Of a DNA stretch of 55,277 nt, positions 1 through 9,372 are shown one piece after another (within the stretch, counting starts at the first letter, position 1; every line of letters begins with the position of its first letter). This DNA is from Sedimentisphaeraceae bacterium JB056. GTDB lineage: Bacteria; Planctomycetota; Phycisphaerae; Sedimentisphaerales; Sedimentisphaeraceae. The translations under genes were made by a program, and so were the position numbers. Under the pieces are notes generated by a model. That model saw only the letters and a program-made list of their open reading frames with translations, was not told where the DNA came from and did not search any database. The DNA is taken from positions 1-55,277 of the forward strand of contig JBITAJ010000019.1 in the NCBI GenBank assembly GCA_044440125.1, in the 5' to 3' direction.

Positions 1-1
1 T

Positions 2-141
2 TTTTTTTGGGAGAAAATCAATAAAACTTCACCTTATTTCAACATAAAATAAAGACTTACAGCAATATTTTGGGGTAAAGTTTTTGAGCCACCACCATAA
101 CTTATTTAAAGTAAAGAACTTCAAGACAAACGGAATGGCTC
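2..141. repeat. Left copy of 140-bp terminal inverted repeat
   Basis: 2..141 (TTTTTTTGGGAGAAAATC...ACAAACGGAATGGCTC) is the exact reverse complement of 55138..55277; identity stops abruptly at 142/55137. Confidence 0.97.
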
Positions 142-266
142 CATGAGCTTATATTATGTTGATTTCCAAAGAGGCGAACATTTTTGATATAATATCATAA
201 AATTAGTGTTGATTTCTGCTATAATATAAGCAGTGAAAATGAATTGAACATGGAAGGAGACCTTAA

Positions 267-428
267 ATGTCTAAAAAAATCTGTAAAATATGCAAAAAAG
301 AGCTGACTAAAAAAGATCTTGAGGAATTTCTTGAGACGATAAAAGACGCTGAGTTTTTCTGTAAAAAGTGCGGGAGAGTGGCAAAAGAGAAGTCAAAATT
401 GTGTAAATCAGAAAAAATCCCCAAATAA
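267..428 (+). CDS. Small Cys/Lys-rich protein, 53 aa (putative metal-binding); not in the ORF track
   Basis: GGAAGGAG RBS at about 252-259, ATG 267, TAA 426-428; MSKKICKICKKELTKKDLEEFLETIKDAEFFCKKCGRVAKEKSKLCKSEKIPK has two CxxC motifs plus a fifth Cys. Confidence 0.8.
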   Translation: MSKKICKICKKELTKKDLEEFLETIKDAEFFCKKCGRVAKEKSKLCKSEKIPK

Positions 429-761
429 CTGGATTTTCCTGTGATGTTTTGAGGTTGGGAAAGCTTAGTTGATATTGCTGGGCCTTTTATCTAAGTATAT
501 TTAATTAATGGCTTTATGTTTTAGTGTTGAGTTTGGCCAGTCAATAGTGAAAGTAATTAGACTAATTGGTTAGGTATTATTTGACCTTGAGGCCTGATTT
601 AATACAATAAAGGTTTTGTGCGTTTGTGTATGAAAAATGATATAGGCGGCACAGGCAAAAGCCGGTCAGGTTGCCCGTTATCACTGTTTTTGACGGTATA
701 ACGGGTTTATTTGTAATGTGCATTTTAATATAAAAAGAAAAATTCTGTCGGAAAGGCTATA

Positions 762-2336
762 ATGGCAGCGAAAGTAGAACTTAAAAAACGCCCCTTTATG
801 ATGATAATTCGTGACGGTTGGGGTTATAATCCTAATGCAAATGACGATCAGTTCAATGCAATAAAACTGGCGAAAACACCATGTGATGATATGCTTATGA
901 GTGAGTATCCCAACTCACTGGTACATACATACGGCGAAGACGTTGGTCTTCCAGAGGGTACTATGGGTAACAGCGAGGTTGGACATCAGAATATTGGTGC
1001 TGGTCGTATTGTATACCAGGATTCTGTTCGTATCACAAAAGCTATACGCGAAGGTGATTTCTTTGAGAACCAAGAGCTTTGCAATGCTGTTGACAAGGCC
1101 AAAGCTTCAGGCGGCAAGCTTCACCTTATGGGACTTTGCAGTGATGAAGGCGTGCACTCGCTCCTTGGCCATCTTTACGGTCTTCTGGAACTTGCCAAGC
1201 GTAAGGATTTGAAAGAAGTGTACTTACACGCATTCACAGACGGAAGGGACAGTCCTCCAAAGAGCGGTAAAGGATTCCTTGCTGAAATCGAGAAAAAGAT
1301 GGAAGAGATTGGTTCCGGTCAGATAGCGACAATAAGCGGCCGTTTCTATGCTATGGACCGTGATAACCGCTGGGAGCGTGTTGTGCAGGCTTATGATTGT
1401 CTGACAAGCGGAATTGGTGGAAGAGCTGTTTCAGCGGCAGAAGCGATGGATGCTACTTACGCAGATGACAAGACCGATGAGTTTGTTAAGCCGACATGTA
1501 TAACAGATGCTTCCGGCAATCCCCAAGCTCTTATTGAAGATGGTGATTCTGTTGTATTCTTCAACTTCCGAGGTGACAGACCTCGTGAGATTACAAGGGC
1601 TTTTGTTGACCCTGATTTCAATGGCTTTGAGCGTAAGGCAAGCCCTAAGGTCTATTTCGTATGTATGACACAGTACGACAAGAGCATACCTGCGGCGGTA
1701 GCATATCCAAAGCCTCCAAAGATGAAGAATATCCTTGGCGAATATCTTGGAGATCTTGGAATAACGGAATTCCGCTGTGCAGAGACAGAGAAATATGCAC
1801 ACGTAACATTCTTCTTCAACGATTATCGTGAGGAACCATTCCCAGGTGAAGATCGCCAGATTGTACCTTCGCCAAAGGTTGAAACGTATGACTTGCAGCC
1901 TGAAATGAGTGCTTACGGCGTAACTGATGTGATACTTGAAAAGCTTGATTCCGGTAAATACGATGCATTCGTTATTAATTATGCCAATCCTGATATGGTT
2001 GGACATACAGGTGATCTTAAAGCAGCAATGAAGGCTTGCAGCGTTGTAGATGAGTGTGTCGGCAAAGTGCTTGATAAGCTCAAATCCCTTGGTGGAGCGG
2101 CTCTTATACTTGCCGATCATGGTAACAGCGAAAAAATGGCTGATGGAACTGCTGATAATCCGTTCACTTCGCATACAACAGGCGATGTGCCGATTATTGT
2201 ATTCGATGAAGACCTTAAAGGATGTAAACTCAAGGATGGCGGCAACCTTGCAGATGTTGCTCCAACATTCCTTGATATGATGGGACTCGAGATACCCGCT
2301 GAGATGACAGGGAAATCGTTGATAGTTAAAGAATAG
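762..2336 (+). CDS. gpmI: 2,3-bisphosphoglycerate-independent phosphoglycerate mutase
   Basis: IRDGWG, MGNSEVGH (phospho-Ser), GRFYAMDRDNRW, AETEKYAHVTFF and NPDMVGHTG motifs; 524 aa. Confidence 0.98.
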   Translation: MAAKVELKKRPFMMIIRDGWGYNPNANDDQFNAIKLAKTPCDDMLMSEYPNSLVHTYGEDVGLPEGTMGNSEVGHQNIGAGRIVYQDSVRITKAIREGDFFENQELCNAVDKAKASGGKLHLMGLCSDEGVHSLLGHLYGLLELAKRKDLKEVYLHAFTDGRDSPPKSGKGFLAEIEKKMEEIGSGQIATISGRFYAMDRDNRWERVVQAYDCLTSGIGGRAVSAAEAMDATYADDKTDEFVKPTCITDASGNPQALIEDGDSVVFFNFRGDRPREITRAFVDPDFNGFERKASPKVYFVCMTQYDKSIPAAVAYPKPPKMKNILGEYLGDLGITEFRCAETEKYAHVTFFFNDYREEPFPGEDRQIVPSPKVETYDLQPEMSAYGVTDVILEKLDSGKYDAFVINYANPDMVGHTGDLKAAMKACSVVDECVGKVLDKLKSLGGAALILADHGNSEKMADGTADNPFTSHTTGDVPIIVFDEDLKGCKLKDGGNLADVAPTFLDMMGLEIPAEMTGKSLIVKE

Positions 2337-2368
2337 TATATATAAGTTAGAATATAGAAGATAGAATG
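2334..2368 (+). repeat. Degenerate 7-mer tandem array (TAGAAnn x5) upstream of the four-helix-bundle gene
   Basis: TAGTATA TATAAGT TAGAATA TAGAAGA TAGAATG, running from the gpmI stop to the ATG of the next gene. Confidence 0.7.
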
Positions 2369-2731
2369 AGAGAGCCTGCGAAGACGTTTGAAGATTTGAT
2401 AGTTTGGCAAAAAGCTCACGAGTTTGTGCTTTCGGTTTATCGTCTGACACAATCTTTGCCGCGGTCGGAAATCTACGGTTTGACATCTCAATTTCGCAGG
2501 TCTGCCGTATCTGTTGCAGCAAATATATCAGAAGGCTTCAGGAAACGCGGCAAAGCTGACAAACTTCGTTTTCTTAATATCTCGCAAGGTTCTCTTGAAG
2601 AATCGCGTTACTATCTAATTCTTTGTCGAGACTTAGGTTATTGTGATGTTGAACATTTGTTAAATATGGCAATAGAGGTCGGCAAATTATTGGAAGCGTA
2701 TTCGCAATCAATTCGAGCTTCTAACTCCTAA
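2366..2731 (+). CDS. Four helix bundle protein (23S rRNA IVP / TIGR02436-like)
   Basis: FEDLIVWQKAH...P..E.YGLTSQ.RRSAVS..ANI.EG..R...RFL.IS.GSL.E signature; 121 aa. Confidence 0.95.
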   Translation: MREPAKTFEDLIVWQKAHEFVLSVYRLTQSLPRSEIYGLTSQFRRSAVSVAANISEGFRKRGKADKLRFLNISQGSLEESRYYLILCRDLGYCDVEHLLNMAIEVGKLLEAYSQSIRASNS

Positions 2732-2753
2732 CTTCTAAATTCTAACTTCTGAT
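2719..2753 (+). repeat. 7-mer tandem array (TTCTAAC x5) at the 3' end of the four-helix-bundle gene, inverted relative to the upstream array
   Basis: TTCTAAC TCCTAAC TTCTAAA TTCTAAC TTCTGAT; the reverse complement GTTAGAA matches the upstream units. Confidence 0.8.
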
Positions 2754-2778
2754 CTTATTTTAAAGTAGACTGATTGAT

Positions 2779-4734
2779 ATGGCGAAAATAGCGGTTCTTG
2801 ACAATAATATGATTAACATGATCGCTGCCGGTGAGGTTATAGAACGTCCGGCAAGCGTAGTTAAGGAAATGCTTGAGAACAGTATAGATGCCGGTGCTAC
2901 GAAAATATCGGTCTATGTGGAAGAAGGCGGTCAGAAGCTCGTACAGATAACAGATAATGGCTGCGGGATATCGTCTGAAGATATCCCGACAGCCTTTTTG
3001 CCTCATGCGACAAGCAAAATTGCTGATGTTAATGATCTAACGGCTATTAAGTCGATGGGTTTTCGCGGAGAGGCGTTGGCGAGTATCGCGTCTGTTGCTA
3101 AGGTCAAGGTTGTCAGCCGTGAGCGTGAGAGCATTAGTGCTTTTTCAATGACGGTTGATTGCGGACAGATTAGCGATATTGAGCCTTGCAGTAGTGATTA
3201 CGGCACAACATTTGAAGTGCGTGATCTTTTCTATAAGCTTCCGGCAAGGCGAAAGTTCCTGCGAACAGTCAATACTGAAATGGGGCATATCTCAGAGCAT
3301 TTTACTCGAATAGCTCTGGCTCACAATTCGATAGAAATGTCGCTTACTCATAATAATCGCAGGCTTTATCATCTTCCCGGCGGGCAAAATACACTTGAGC
3401 GAATTGGCACGCTCCTGTCTCGTGATATCGAAGATTCCCTGATGCATGTAAGCAGTGAAGAGAAGGGAATGAGTATACGAGGCTACATCTCAAGGCCGGG
3501 TATAAGCAAGGTTAATAATAAAAATCAGTATATCTTCCTTAATGGCAGATATATACGTGATAAATTCATTGCTCATGCAGTAAAAGAGGCTTACAGGGGA
3601 TTCATTGAACCGAATAAGTATCCGGTTGCGTTTCTTTTTATAGAGATGCCTTATGATTCTTACGATGTTAATGTGCATCCGACAAAGACCGAGATAAGAT
3701 TCGACAACTCAAATTTTGTTCATTCACAGGTTCTTGCGGTGATTCGTGAGAAGCTGATGGGGACAAATGTCGAGATTAATGCTTCCCTGCCTGAGCGTAA
3801 TATTGACAAAGCTCCGCTCGATGAGATACTTACACGGGTACAGGATAGCCGGGAAGAACGTGTAACTGACGCTATGAAGAGCTTTTTCGAGCATAATAAG
3901 CCTGCTGCACAAAAGCAGTTTGATTTTGGCAGCTCTCCAAGACGATCATCTGTTGCAGGTTCAGGATTTAGCTCCGGCTCGGGTGGATTTTCAAGCCCCA
4001 GAAGGGTTGATGCCGTCAGGCCAAGTGAACCTTTCAATAGCGATAGATCTTTTGATTTTGCGAGTGTTGACAGTTCTTCTGAAGAAAAAGTATCTGATGC
4101 TTCAACCGGTAATCATCCTCCTGCTATCTCAGCAGCCGCTTCCTCTGATATGTCGCCATACTATCAGGTGCATAATACTTATATAGTATCACAGACGGAG
4201 CAGGGATTCGAGATAATAGATCAGCATGCACTTCACGAGCGTATAATATATGAGCAGCTTTATTCCCGCATATGCGGTGAGAATGCAGGCAATCTTGAAT
4301 CGCAAAGACTCTTGATTCCCGAGACTATTGATGTGACTGATTCTGAGGCAGAACTGCTTGAGGAGCATGATGATTTGTTAAGACAGCTTGGAATAATAGC
4401 TGAGCCTTTCGGTCCGTCAACTTATGCTATACAGGCATTTCCGATTTTGCTTGGCAAAGTCGATGCGTCTAATTTCCTGCGTGAGATTGTTGATATCCTC
4501 AGTGAGATGGGTATCAAGCCCGAAAGAGAGAAGTTGATACATCATATACTGGATATGGCTTCATGCAAGGCGGCGATAAAGGCGGGCAAGAAACTTTCTA
4601 TCGATGAAATCGATCATTTGCTTGAGGAGCGAAATCAAACCCCTCGATGCGGCAGATGCCCGCACGGCAGACCGACAAGCATCCAATTTACAATAAAAGA
4701 CCTGGAAAAACAGTTTAAGAGGACGGGTTTTTGA
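2779..4734 (+). CDS. mutL: DNA mismatch repair endonuclease MutL
   Basis: IAAGEVIERPASVVKE, GFRGEALASI, DVNVHPTK; C-terminal DQHALHER, SCK and CPHGRP endonuclease motifs. Confidence 0.98.
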   Translation: MAKIAVLDNNMINMIAAGEVIERPASVVKEMLENSIDAGATKISVYVEEGGQKLVQITDNGCGISSEDIPTAFLPHATSKIADVNDLTAIKSMGFRGEALASIASVAKVKVVSRERESISAFSMTVDCGQISDIEPCSSDYGTTFEVRDLFYKLPARRKFLRTVNTEMGHISEHFTRIALAHNSIEMSLTHNNRRLYHLPGGQNTLERIGTLLSRDIEDSLMHVSSEEKGMSIRGYISRPGISKVNNKNQYIFLNGRYIRDKFIAHAVKEAYRGFIEPNKYPVAFLFIEMPYDSYDVNVHPTKTEIRFDNSNFVHSQVLAVIREKLMGTNVEINASLPERNIDKAPLDEILTRVQDSREERVTDAMKSFFEHNKPAAQKQFDFGSSPRRSSVAGSGFSSGSGGFSSPRRVDAVRPSEPFNSDRSFDFASVDSSSEEKVSDASTGNHPPAISAAASSDMSPYYQVHNTYIVSQTEQGFEIIDQHALHERIIYEQLYSRICGENAGNLESQRLLIPETIDVTDSEAELLEEHDDLLRQLGIIAEPFGPSTYAIQAFPILLGKVDASNFLREIVDILSEMGIKPEREKLIHHILDMASCKAAIKAGKKLSIDEIDHLLEERNQTPRCGRCPHGRPTSIQFTIKDLEKQFKRTGF

Positions 4735-5621
4735 AGAATTTTGCATTTTACAGTGTACTTGTTATTCTGGCACTTGGTCTGTTGATTGGATGGAGAAAGT
4801 GGGTCGTAGATATTCAGGAGAGTGCCTCAGGCAATCAGGATGAAGGTATGCGTATAATATCGGTGTCTCCAAATATAACCGAGATACTTTTTGCTCTTGA
4901 TCTTGGAGATAATGTTGTAGGTGTGACTGATTTCTGCAATTATCCGCAAGAGGCTCTTGAAAAACAAAGTATCGGAACCATAATGGATCCCGATCTTGAG
5001 ATGATTCTATCGCTTAAAGCTACAGATGTGTTCGTCACGAATACATCTTTTCACATTACTTTAGGTGAGCGGCTAAGGGATATGGGGATGACGGTTCATG
5101 TTCTTGATGTCGATAAGATGGATGGAATAAGCGAGTCTATAATTGCAATAGGTGAGGTTGCTGACTGCGTTGAAAAGAGCAGGGCGTTGAATACTAAAAT
5201 CAAGACTGGGCTTGATGAGATCAAGGCAAGAGCAGATCATTTCGAAGTTAAGCCTAAAGTACTTATAGTTATTCAGCCTGAACCAATAATAGCTGCCGGT
5301 AAAAATACCTATATTGATGAAATACTTACTCTGGCAGGTGGCGAAAATGTGATTGTTGATACTGATCGGATGTATCCAATGATAAATGCCGAAGCACTTA
5401 TTGAGCTTGATCCAGACGTTATTGTTGAAACTGTTGTAGGCGTTCAACCGGAAAGAAACGATATTGCTTTATCTCATTACAAGTGGGATATTTCGGCGGT
5501 TAAGAATAAGAATGTATTTGTAATCGGTGCTGATAAACTTTCCAGGCCTGGCCCTCGTGTTGTTGAGGCGGCCAGTCAGATGCAGGAAATAGTGGCGATG
5601 ATGCAGGGAGATAACCCTTGA
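4731..5621 (+). CDS. BtuF-like cobalamin/Fe-chelate ABC substrate-binding protein with N-terminal membrane anchor
   Basis: RIISVSPNITEILFAL, VVGVTDFCNYP, SRPGPRVVE; overlaps the mutL stop. Confidence 0.85.
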   Translation: MKNFAFYSVLVILALGLLIGWRKWVVDIQESASGNQDEGMRIISVSPNITEILFALDLGDNVVGVTDFCNYPQEALEKQSIGTIMDPDLEMILSLKATDVFVTNTSFHITLGERLRDMGMTVHVLDVDKMDGISESIIAIGEVADCVEKSRALNTKIKTGLDEIKARADHFEVKPKVLIVIQPEPIIAAGKNTYIDEILTLAGGENVIVDTDRMYPMINAEALIELDPDVIVETVVGVQPERNDIALSHYKWDISAVKNKNVFVIGADKLSRPGPRVVEAASQMQEIVAMMQGDNP

Positions 5622-6649
5622 AAAAAGTAAATTTTAAAGATTTGCTTAAAAGCTTCGGAATAGGTTTTTTGCTGCTTTTAGTGACGATTTCTATCTGTCT
5701 TTTCATAGGCAGCAAGGATATTTCATTATCCAATGTGTGGTCGGGAATAAACGGAACTCAAGCCAATAATCCGGATCACATGATATTTTTTGAAATACGT
5801 TTGCCACGCTGCATACTTGCGGCGGTGGTAGGAGCTTCTTTGGCTCTTTCCGGCGCGGTTCTTCAGGCTTTGCTTCGCAATCCTCTTGCCGATCCTTATA
5901 TTCTCGGTATTTCCAGCGGTGCAGGGCTTGGCGCGATAATAGCGGCTGTTTCCGGTGTACAGATTGCATTTTTTGGAATCAGCACTATGGGTATATTTGC
6001 CTTTATCGGAGCAATAGGTACTGTCTGGCTTGTCTGGTGGATAGGGATTCTTGCCGGGAGCAGGCAGGTAACCAGTCTCTTACTTGCCGGAGTGGTTGTT
6101 AATTCGTTCTTTTCCGCAGTAATAATGTTTCTTACATCAATAATGAGGAGCTCGAATCTGCAATCGACAATGCTGTGGCTGATGGGTAATATTCGCGATG
6201 CTTCCGGCAGTGACATTTTCTTAAGTACGATTTGTCTTTTTATAGCGGGAGTAATACTTTACAGGCTTGCGCCGCTGCTTAATGTGTTGAGCTTTGGACA
6301 CAATGATGCTCAGACAATGGGTGTTAATGTTACCGGAGTAAGGTTAATTGCTTTCGCAACAGCAGCGTTTGTTACGGCTGTTGCTGTGAGCATGAGCGGT
6401 CTTATTGGATTTATAGGTTTGATAGTGCCCCATGCTGTGAGGCTTCTGTGCGGCCCCGATCATCGAAAACTGCTTCCGATTTGCGGGATAGCCGGAGCGA
6501 TATTCCTTGTTATATGTGATACATTTGCCAGAACGGTTATCGCTCCTCAGCAATTGCCTGTTGGTATTGTTACGGCTATAACAGGCGGTCCTTTTTTCCT
6601 GTTTTTACTGGTTAAGTATTCAAGAAAAGTTTCAATAGGGTCAAAGTGA
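5618..6649 (+). CDS. FecCD/BtuC-family ABC permease
   Basis: IRLPR, QALLRNPLADPYILGISSGA, GLIGFIGLIVPH, LPVGIVTA..GGPFF. Confidence 0.95.
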   Translation: MKKVNFKDLLKSFGIGFLLLLVTISICLFIGSKDISLSNVWSGINGTQANNPDHMIFFEIRLPRCILAAVVGASLALSGAVLQALLRNPLADPYILGISSGAGLGAIIAAVSGVQIAFFGISTMGIFAFIGAIGTVWLVWWIGILAGSRQVTSLLLAGVVVNSFFSAVIMFLTSIMRSSNLQSTMLWLMGNIRDASGSDIFLSTICLFIAGVILYRLAPLLNVLSFGHNDAQTMGVNVTGVRLIAFATAAFVTAVAVSMSGLIGFIGLIVPHAVRLLCGPDHRKLLPICGIAGAIFLVICDTFARTVIAPQQLPVGIVTAITGGPFFLFLLVKYSRKVSIGSK

Positions 6650-7434
6650 TGATAAAAGCTGAAAACCTTAATTTTGGATATGACAGCCACGATATTATAG
6701 ATAGGCTTGACTTTGAGTTCAGTTTAGGAGAGCTTGTTGCCGTTGCCGGACCAAATGGTGTTGGTAAAAGTACATTGCTTGAGCTGATGTGCGGTAATTT
6801 CAAGCCTCGAAGCGGGAAAATACTCCTGGATTCAAAACCTGTTACTTCTTATTCGCATAAACAGCTTGCTTCTAAGCTTTCTGTCGTACGTCAGGAATTC
6901 ATACCGCCATTCGGATTTACAGTATACGAAACGGTTATGATGGCCAGGACTTCGCATTTTGATATGTTTGGTTTTGAAACGAAGAAGGACAGGGATATTA
7001 CTGAGCATTACCTTGATGTTACGGGTGTTATTCATCTTGCCGATCGCAGGCTTGATCAGATAAGTGGTGGGGAGAGACAGAGAGTCTTTATTGCAAGGGC
7101 GTTGGCTCAGGAGACGCCTGTGATGATGCTTGACGAGCCAACAAGCTTTCTTGATATGAAACATCAGGTTGGAATTTATGATCTGCTTAAAAGAATGCAG
7201 GTTGAGGACGGCAAGACTATCGTTACAATAATACATGATATAAATCTTGCCAGACAATACTGCGATAAGGTGCTTCTGCTTGGCAGGGGAGGTGAGCATA
7301 TATTGGGACGGCCTGATCAGATATTTAACCGTGAAAATATAAAGCGATTCTATGATGTCGATTCTGTCAGTGCTTCTGCTGATGGATTAGACATTTTCAT
7401 GCCCATCGGAAAGTGGTCAAGAACTGGTGAATGA
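6646..7434 (+). CDS. BtuD/FecE-family ABC ATPase
   Basis: Walker A GPNGVGKST, ISGGERQR signature, LDEPT, HDINLA. Confidence 0.95.
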   Translation: MMIKAENLNFGYDSHDIIDRLDFEFSLGELVAVAGPNGVGKSTLLELMCGNFKPRSGKILLDSKPVTSYSHKQLASKLSVVRQEFIPPFGFTVYETVMMARTSHFDMFGFETKKDRDITEHYLDVTGVIHLADRRLDQISGGERQRVFIARALAQETPVMMLDEPTSFLDMKHQVGIYDLLKRMQVEDGKTIVTIIHDINLARQYCDKVLLLGRGGEHILGRPDQIFNRENIKRFYDVDSVSASADGLDIFMPIGKWSRTGE

Positions 7435-7778
7435 CACTGCCAAGGCTTTGTTTACGAGATCGACAAGTAATCTATACCGGCTCAATATTAGCACTTAAAA
7501 AACAAATTAGTTGTTTTTTTTCTTGTATTTCGAGTATTCAAGTGATAGTATAAGATTTTATTGTATTGGTTTTGAGCAATTTCGCTCCCTGAATTTGAGG
7601 TTGTTTGATTATTAAATTGGAAGCAAGGTGACTTCTTAGATTTTCTTCTCTGATTTTCATGTATAGCGAATAGTATGCAACGCAATGTTGCTTAAGTTTT
7701 TGTTTTAGGCAGGGATATATGCTTTGTGTGTATTTTTGCGCATATTGATATTTCTGCGCAATTTTATTGGAGGGAAGT

Positions 7779-9104
7779 ATGTATTCGGTTTCTATTTCGT
7801 GGTTCAGATTCATTTCGTTAATTTCTCTAATCTCATTTCTCGCGCAGGCAGATATCAGTCCTGATTCGGTTTATAACTGCGGCAGCGGCGTTTCTGCATT
7901 ATCATGTGATGATAATATGGCGGTATTTGAACAATTGGGTACCATAAAGTGTCTTAATACAGATTCATTATCTGTTGATACCATAGGAAGCGGTGGTTCC
8001 CCTTCTATTGAGATTCCGTATATCGTATGGGATTCAAGTGTAGGCGGTTACGATCAGGTATTTGTACATGATATATTGCAATCACAGAGCTTTCAGCTTA
8101 CATCAGGTAACAATGATAAGAGTGATGCGGATGTGAGCGGTCAGAATGTTGTTTACAGATACAAGGGTACTTCTGATAGTTTATGGCATATAGGATTGAC
8201 TGAATTTTCAGGGCTTGCGGCTGGAAATACTTTGGATATTTGTACTGCTGCAGGAGGGCAATATGGCCCAAGGATAGATGGTGATATTGTAGTATGGTAT
8301 GATAAACGTAATGTTTTGGTCAGTGGCCGTGATATATATCAATATAATCTCAATACATCAGCAGAAACAATACTGTGTGATGATGCAGGCGATCAAAGGC
8401 TGCCGGTCATAAGCGGCGATATTGCAGGCTGGCAGGATGATTCCAAAGGAGCCGATGATCTGGATATTTATGGCTACATAATCTCCGAAGACAGAAAGTT
8501 GTCGCTGGCTACTCAGACAGGGAGTCAGTCTGCTCCTCGTGCCTCAGGCGATATCCTGCTATGGATAAACAATGCAGTCGAGTCACCAGGTGTGTATGTA
8601 TTTGATTTTTCCACTTACTCTAAATATCGAATTGCTTCGGGCAGTGGATTGATTGCCGATGTATGTGAAGATATGTTATGCTGGTATGATGGTACAAATA
8701 TAAACAAAGCATCCTTGCCCCTGCAGACACCCCTTACAGTTGTTTCTCCATCAGTAGATGATGTGTTTATTTCTGGTGAGAGCATTTCAATTGAATGGAC
8801 TAATTCAAATCTGTCAAGTGATGTGGATTTGATGTATTCATCAGATGGCGGAGAAAATTGGGCGATTGTTGCTTCTTCGTTAAATGGAGTCACTTCATTT
8901 GATTGGCAGGCTCCGGAGGAAGCTAATTCAAGCTCTTTGATTGCAGTTTGTTACAGCGATCAAAGTGATGATATGTATTGCTCAGGCATATTTTCCACTA
9001 CCGTTTGTTCTCCTGATCTTACTGCTGATATATCCGGTGATTGCTTTGTCGGTCTTGAGGATCTTGGCATGTTGTCGGCTCAATGGATGTCGAGTGGTTT
9101 GTAA
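7779..9104 (+). CDS. Secreted beta-propeller-repeat protein with Ig-like domain and C-terminal dockerin-like tail
   Basis: GGAGGG RBS before ATG 7779; signal peptide ending AQA; repeated P.I.GD.VVW.D.R blades; YSSDGGENW domain; tail ADISGDCFVGLEDLGMLSAQWM. Confidence 0.7.
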   Translation: MYSVSISWFRFISLISLISFLAQADISPDSVYNCGSGVSALSCDDNMAVFEQLGTIKCLNTDSLSVDTIGSGGSPSIEIPYIVWDSSVGGYDQVFVHDILQSQSFQLTSGNNDKSDADVSGQNVVYRYKGTSDSLWHIGLTEFSGLAAGNTLDICTAAGGQYGPRIDGDIVVWYDKRNVLVSGRDIYQYNLNTSAETILCDDAGDQRLPVISGDIAGWQDDSKGADDLDIYGYIISEDRKLSLATQTGSQSAPRASGDILLWINNAVESPGVYVFDFSTYSKYRIASGSGLIADVCEDMLCWYDGTNINKASLPLQTPLTVVSPSVDDVFISGESISIEWTNSNLSSDVDLMYSSDGGENWAIVASSLNGVTSFDWQAPEEANSSSLIAVCYSDQSDDMYCSGIFSTTVCSPDLTADISGDCFVGLEDLGMLSAQWMSSGL

Positions 9105-9372
9105 ACTTTAGATTGTCGAGAGTATTACTTGCTGTGAAAACGTTTTACACCTATTATGTATAATGTTGAAAAAGACAGCAAATCCTATTGTAATCATGAT
9201 TTAGCTCTTTGACTTAGTGATAGAGCTGTTTAAACTTTTTGCTGGAATTGGTTGTTGTTATTGCTTATAATGACGCCAGATGTTGTAATTTGTATGCCCG
9301 ATTTGTTTTCAAGCAGAGAACTGCGGCGTATTAATATAAAATGGTTTTATAGTTCCAGCAGAAATTCATAAT

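Noticed and set aside
645..680. c-di-GMP-I riboswitch (CACAGGCAAA resemblance)
   Set aside because: Lacks the GNRA-capped P2 stem and the second GCAAA/receptor element.
1431..2522. 363-aa antisense ORF over gpmI, and the other shadow ORFs in the track (e.g. 10549..11127, 41236..41820, 51082..51717, 33228..33671)
   Set aside because: They overlap well-supported genes on the opposite strand or frame and show no recognisable motifs.
2366..2731. Diversity-generating retroelement (Avd-like protein)
   Set aside because: No reverse transcriptase and no TR/VR pair seen in the window.
7488..7813. Short ORFs in AT-rich spacers (also 29164..29361, 49661..49858)
   Set aside because: No convincing RBS or motif; composition typical of promoter DNA.
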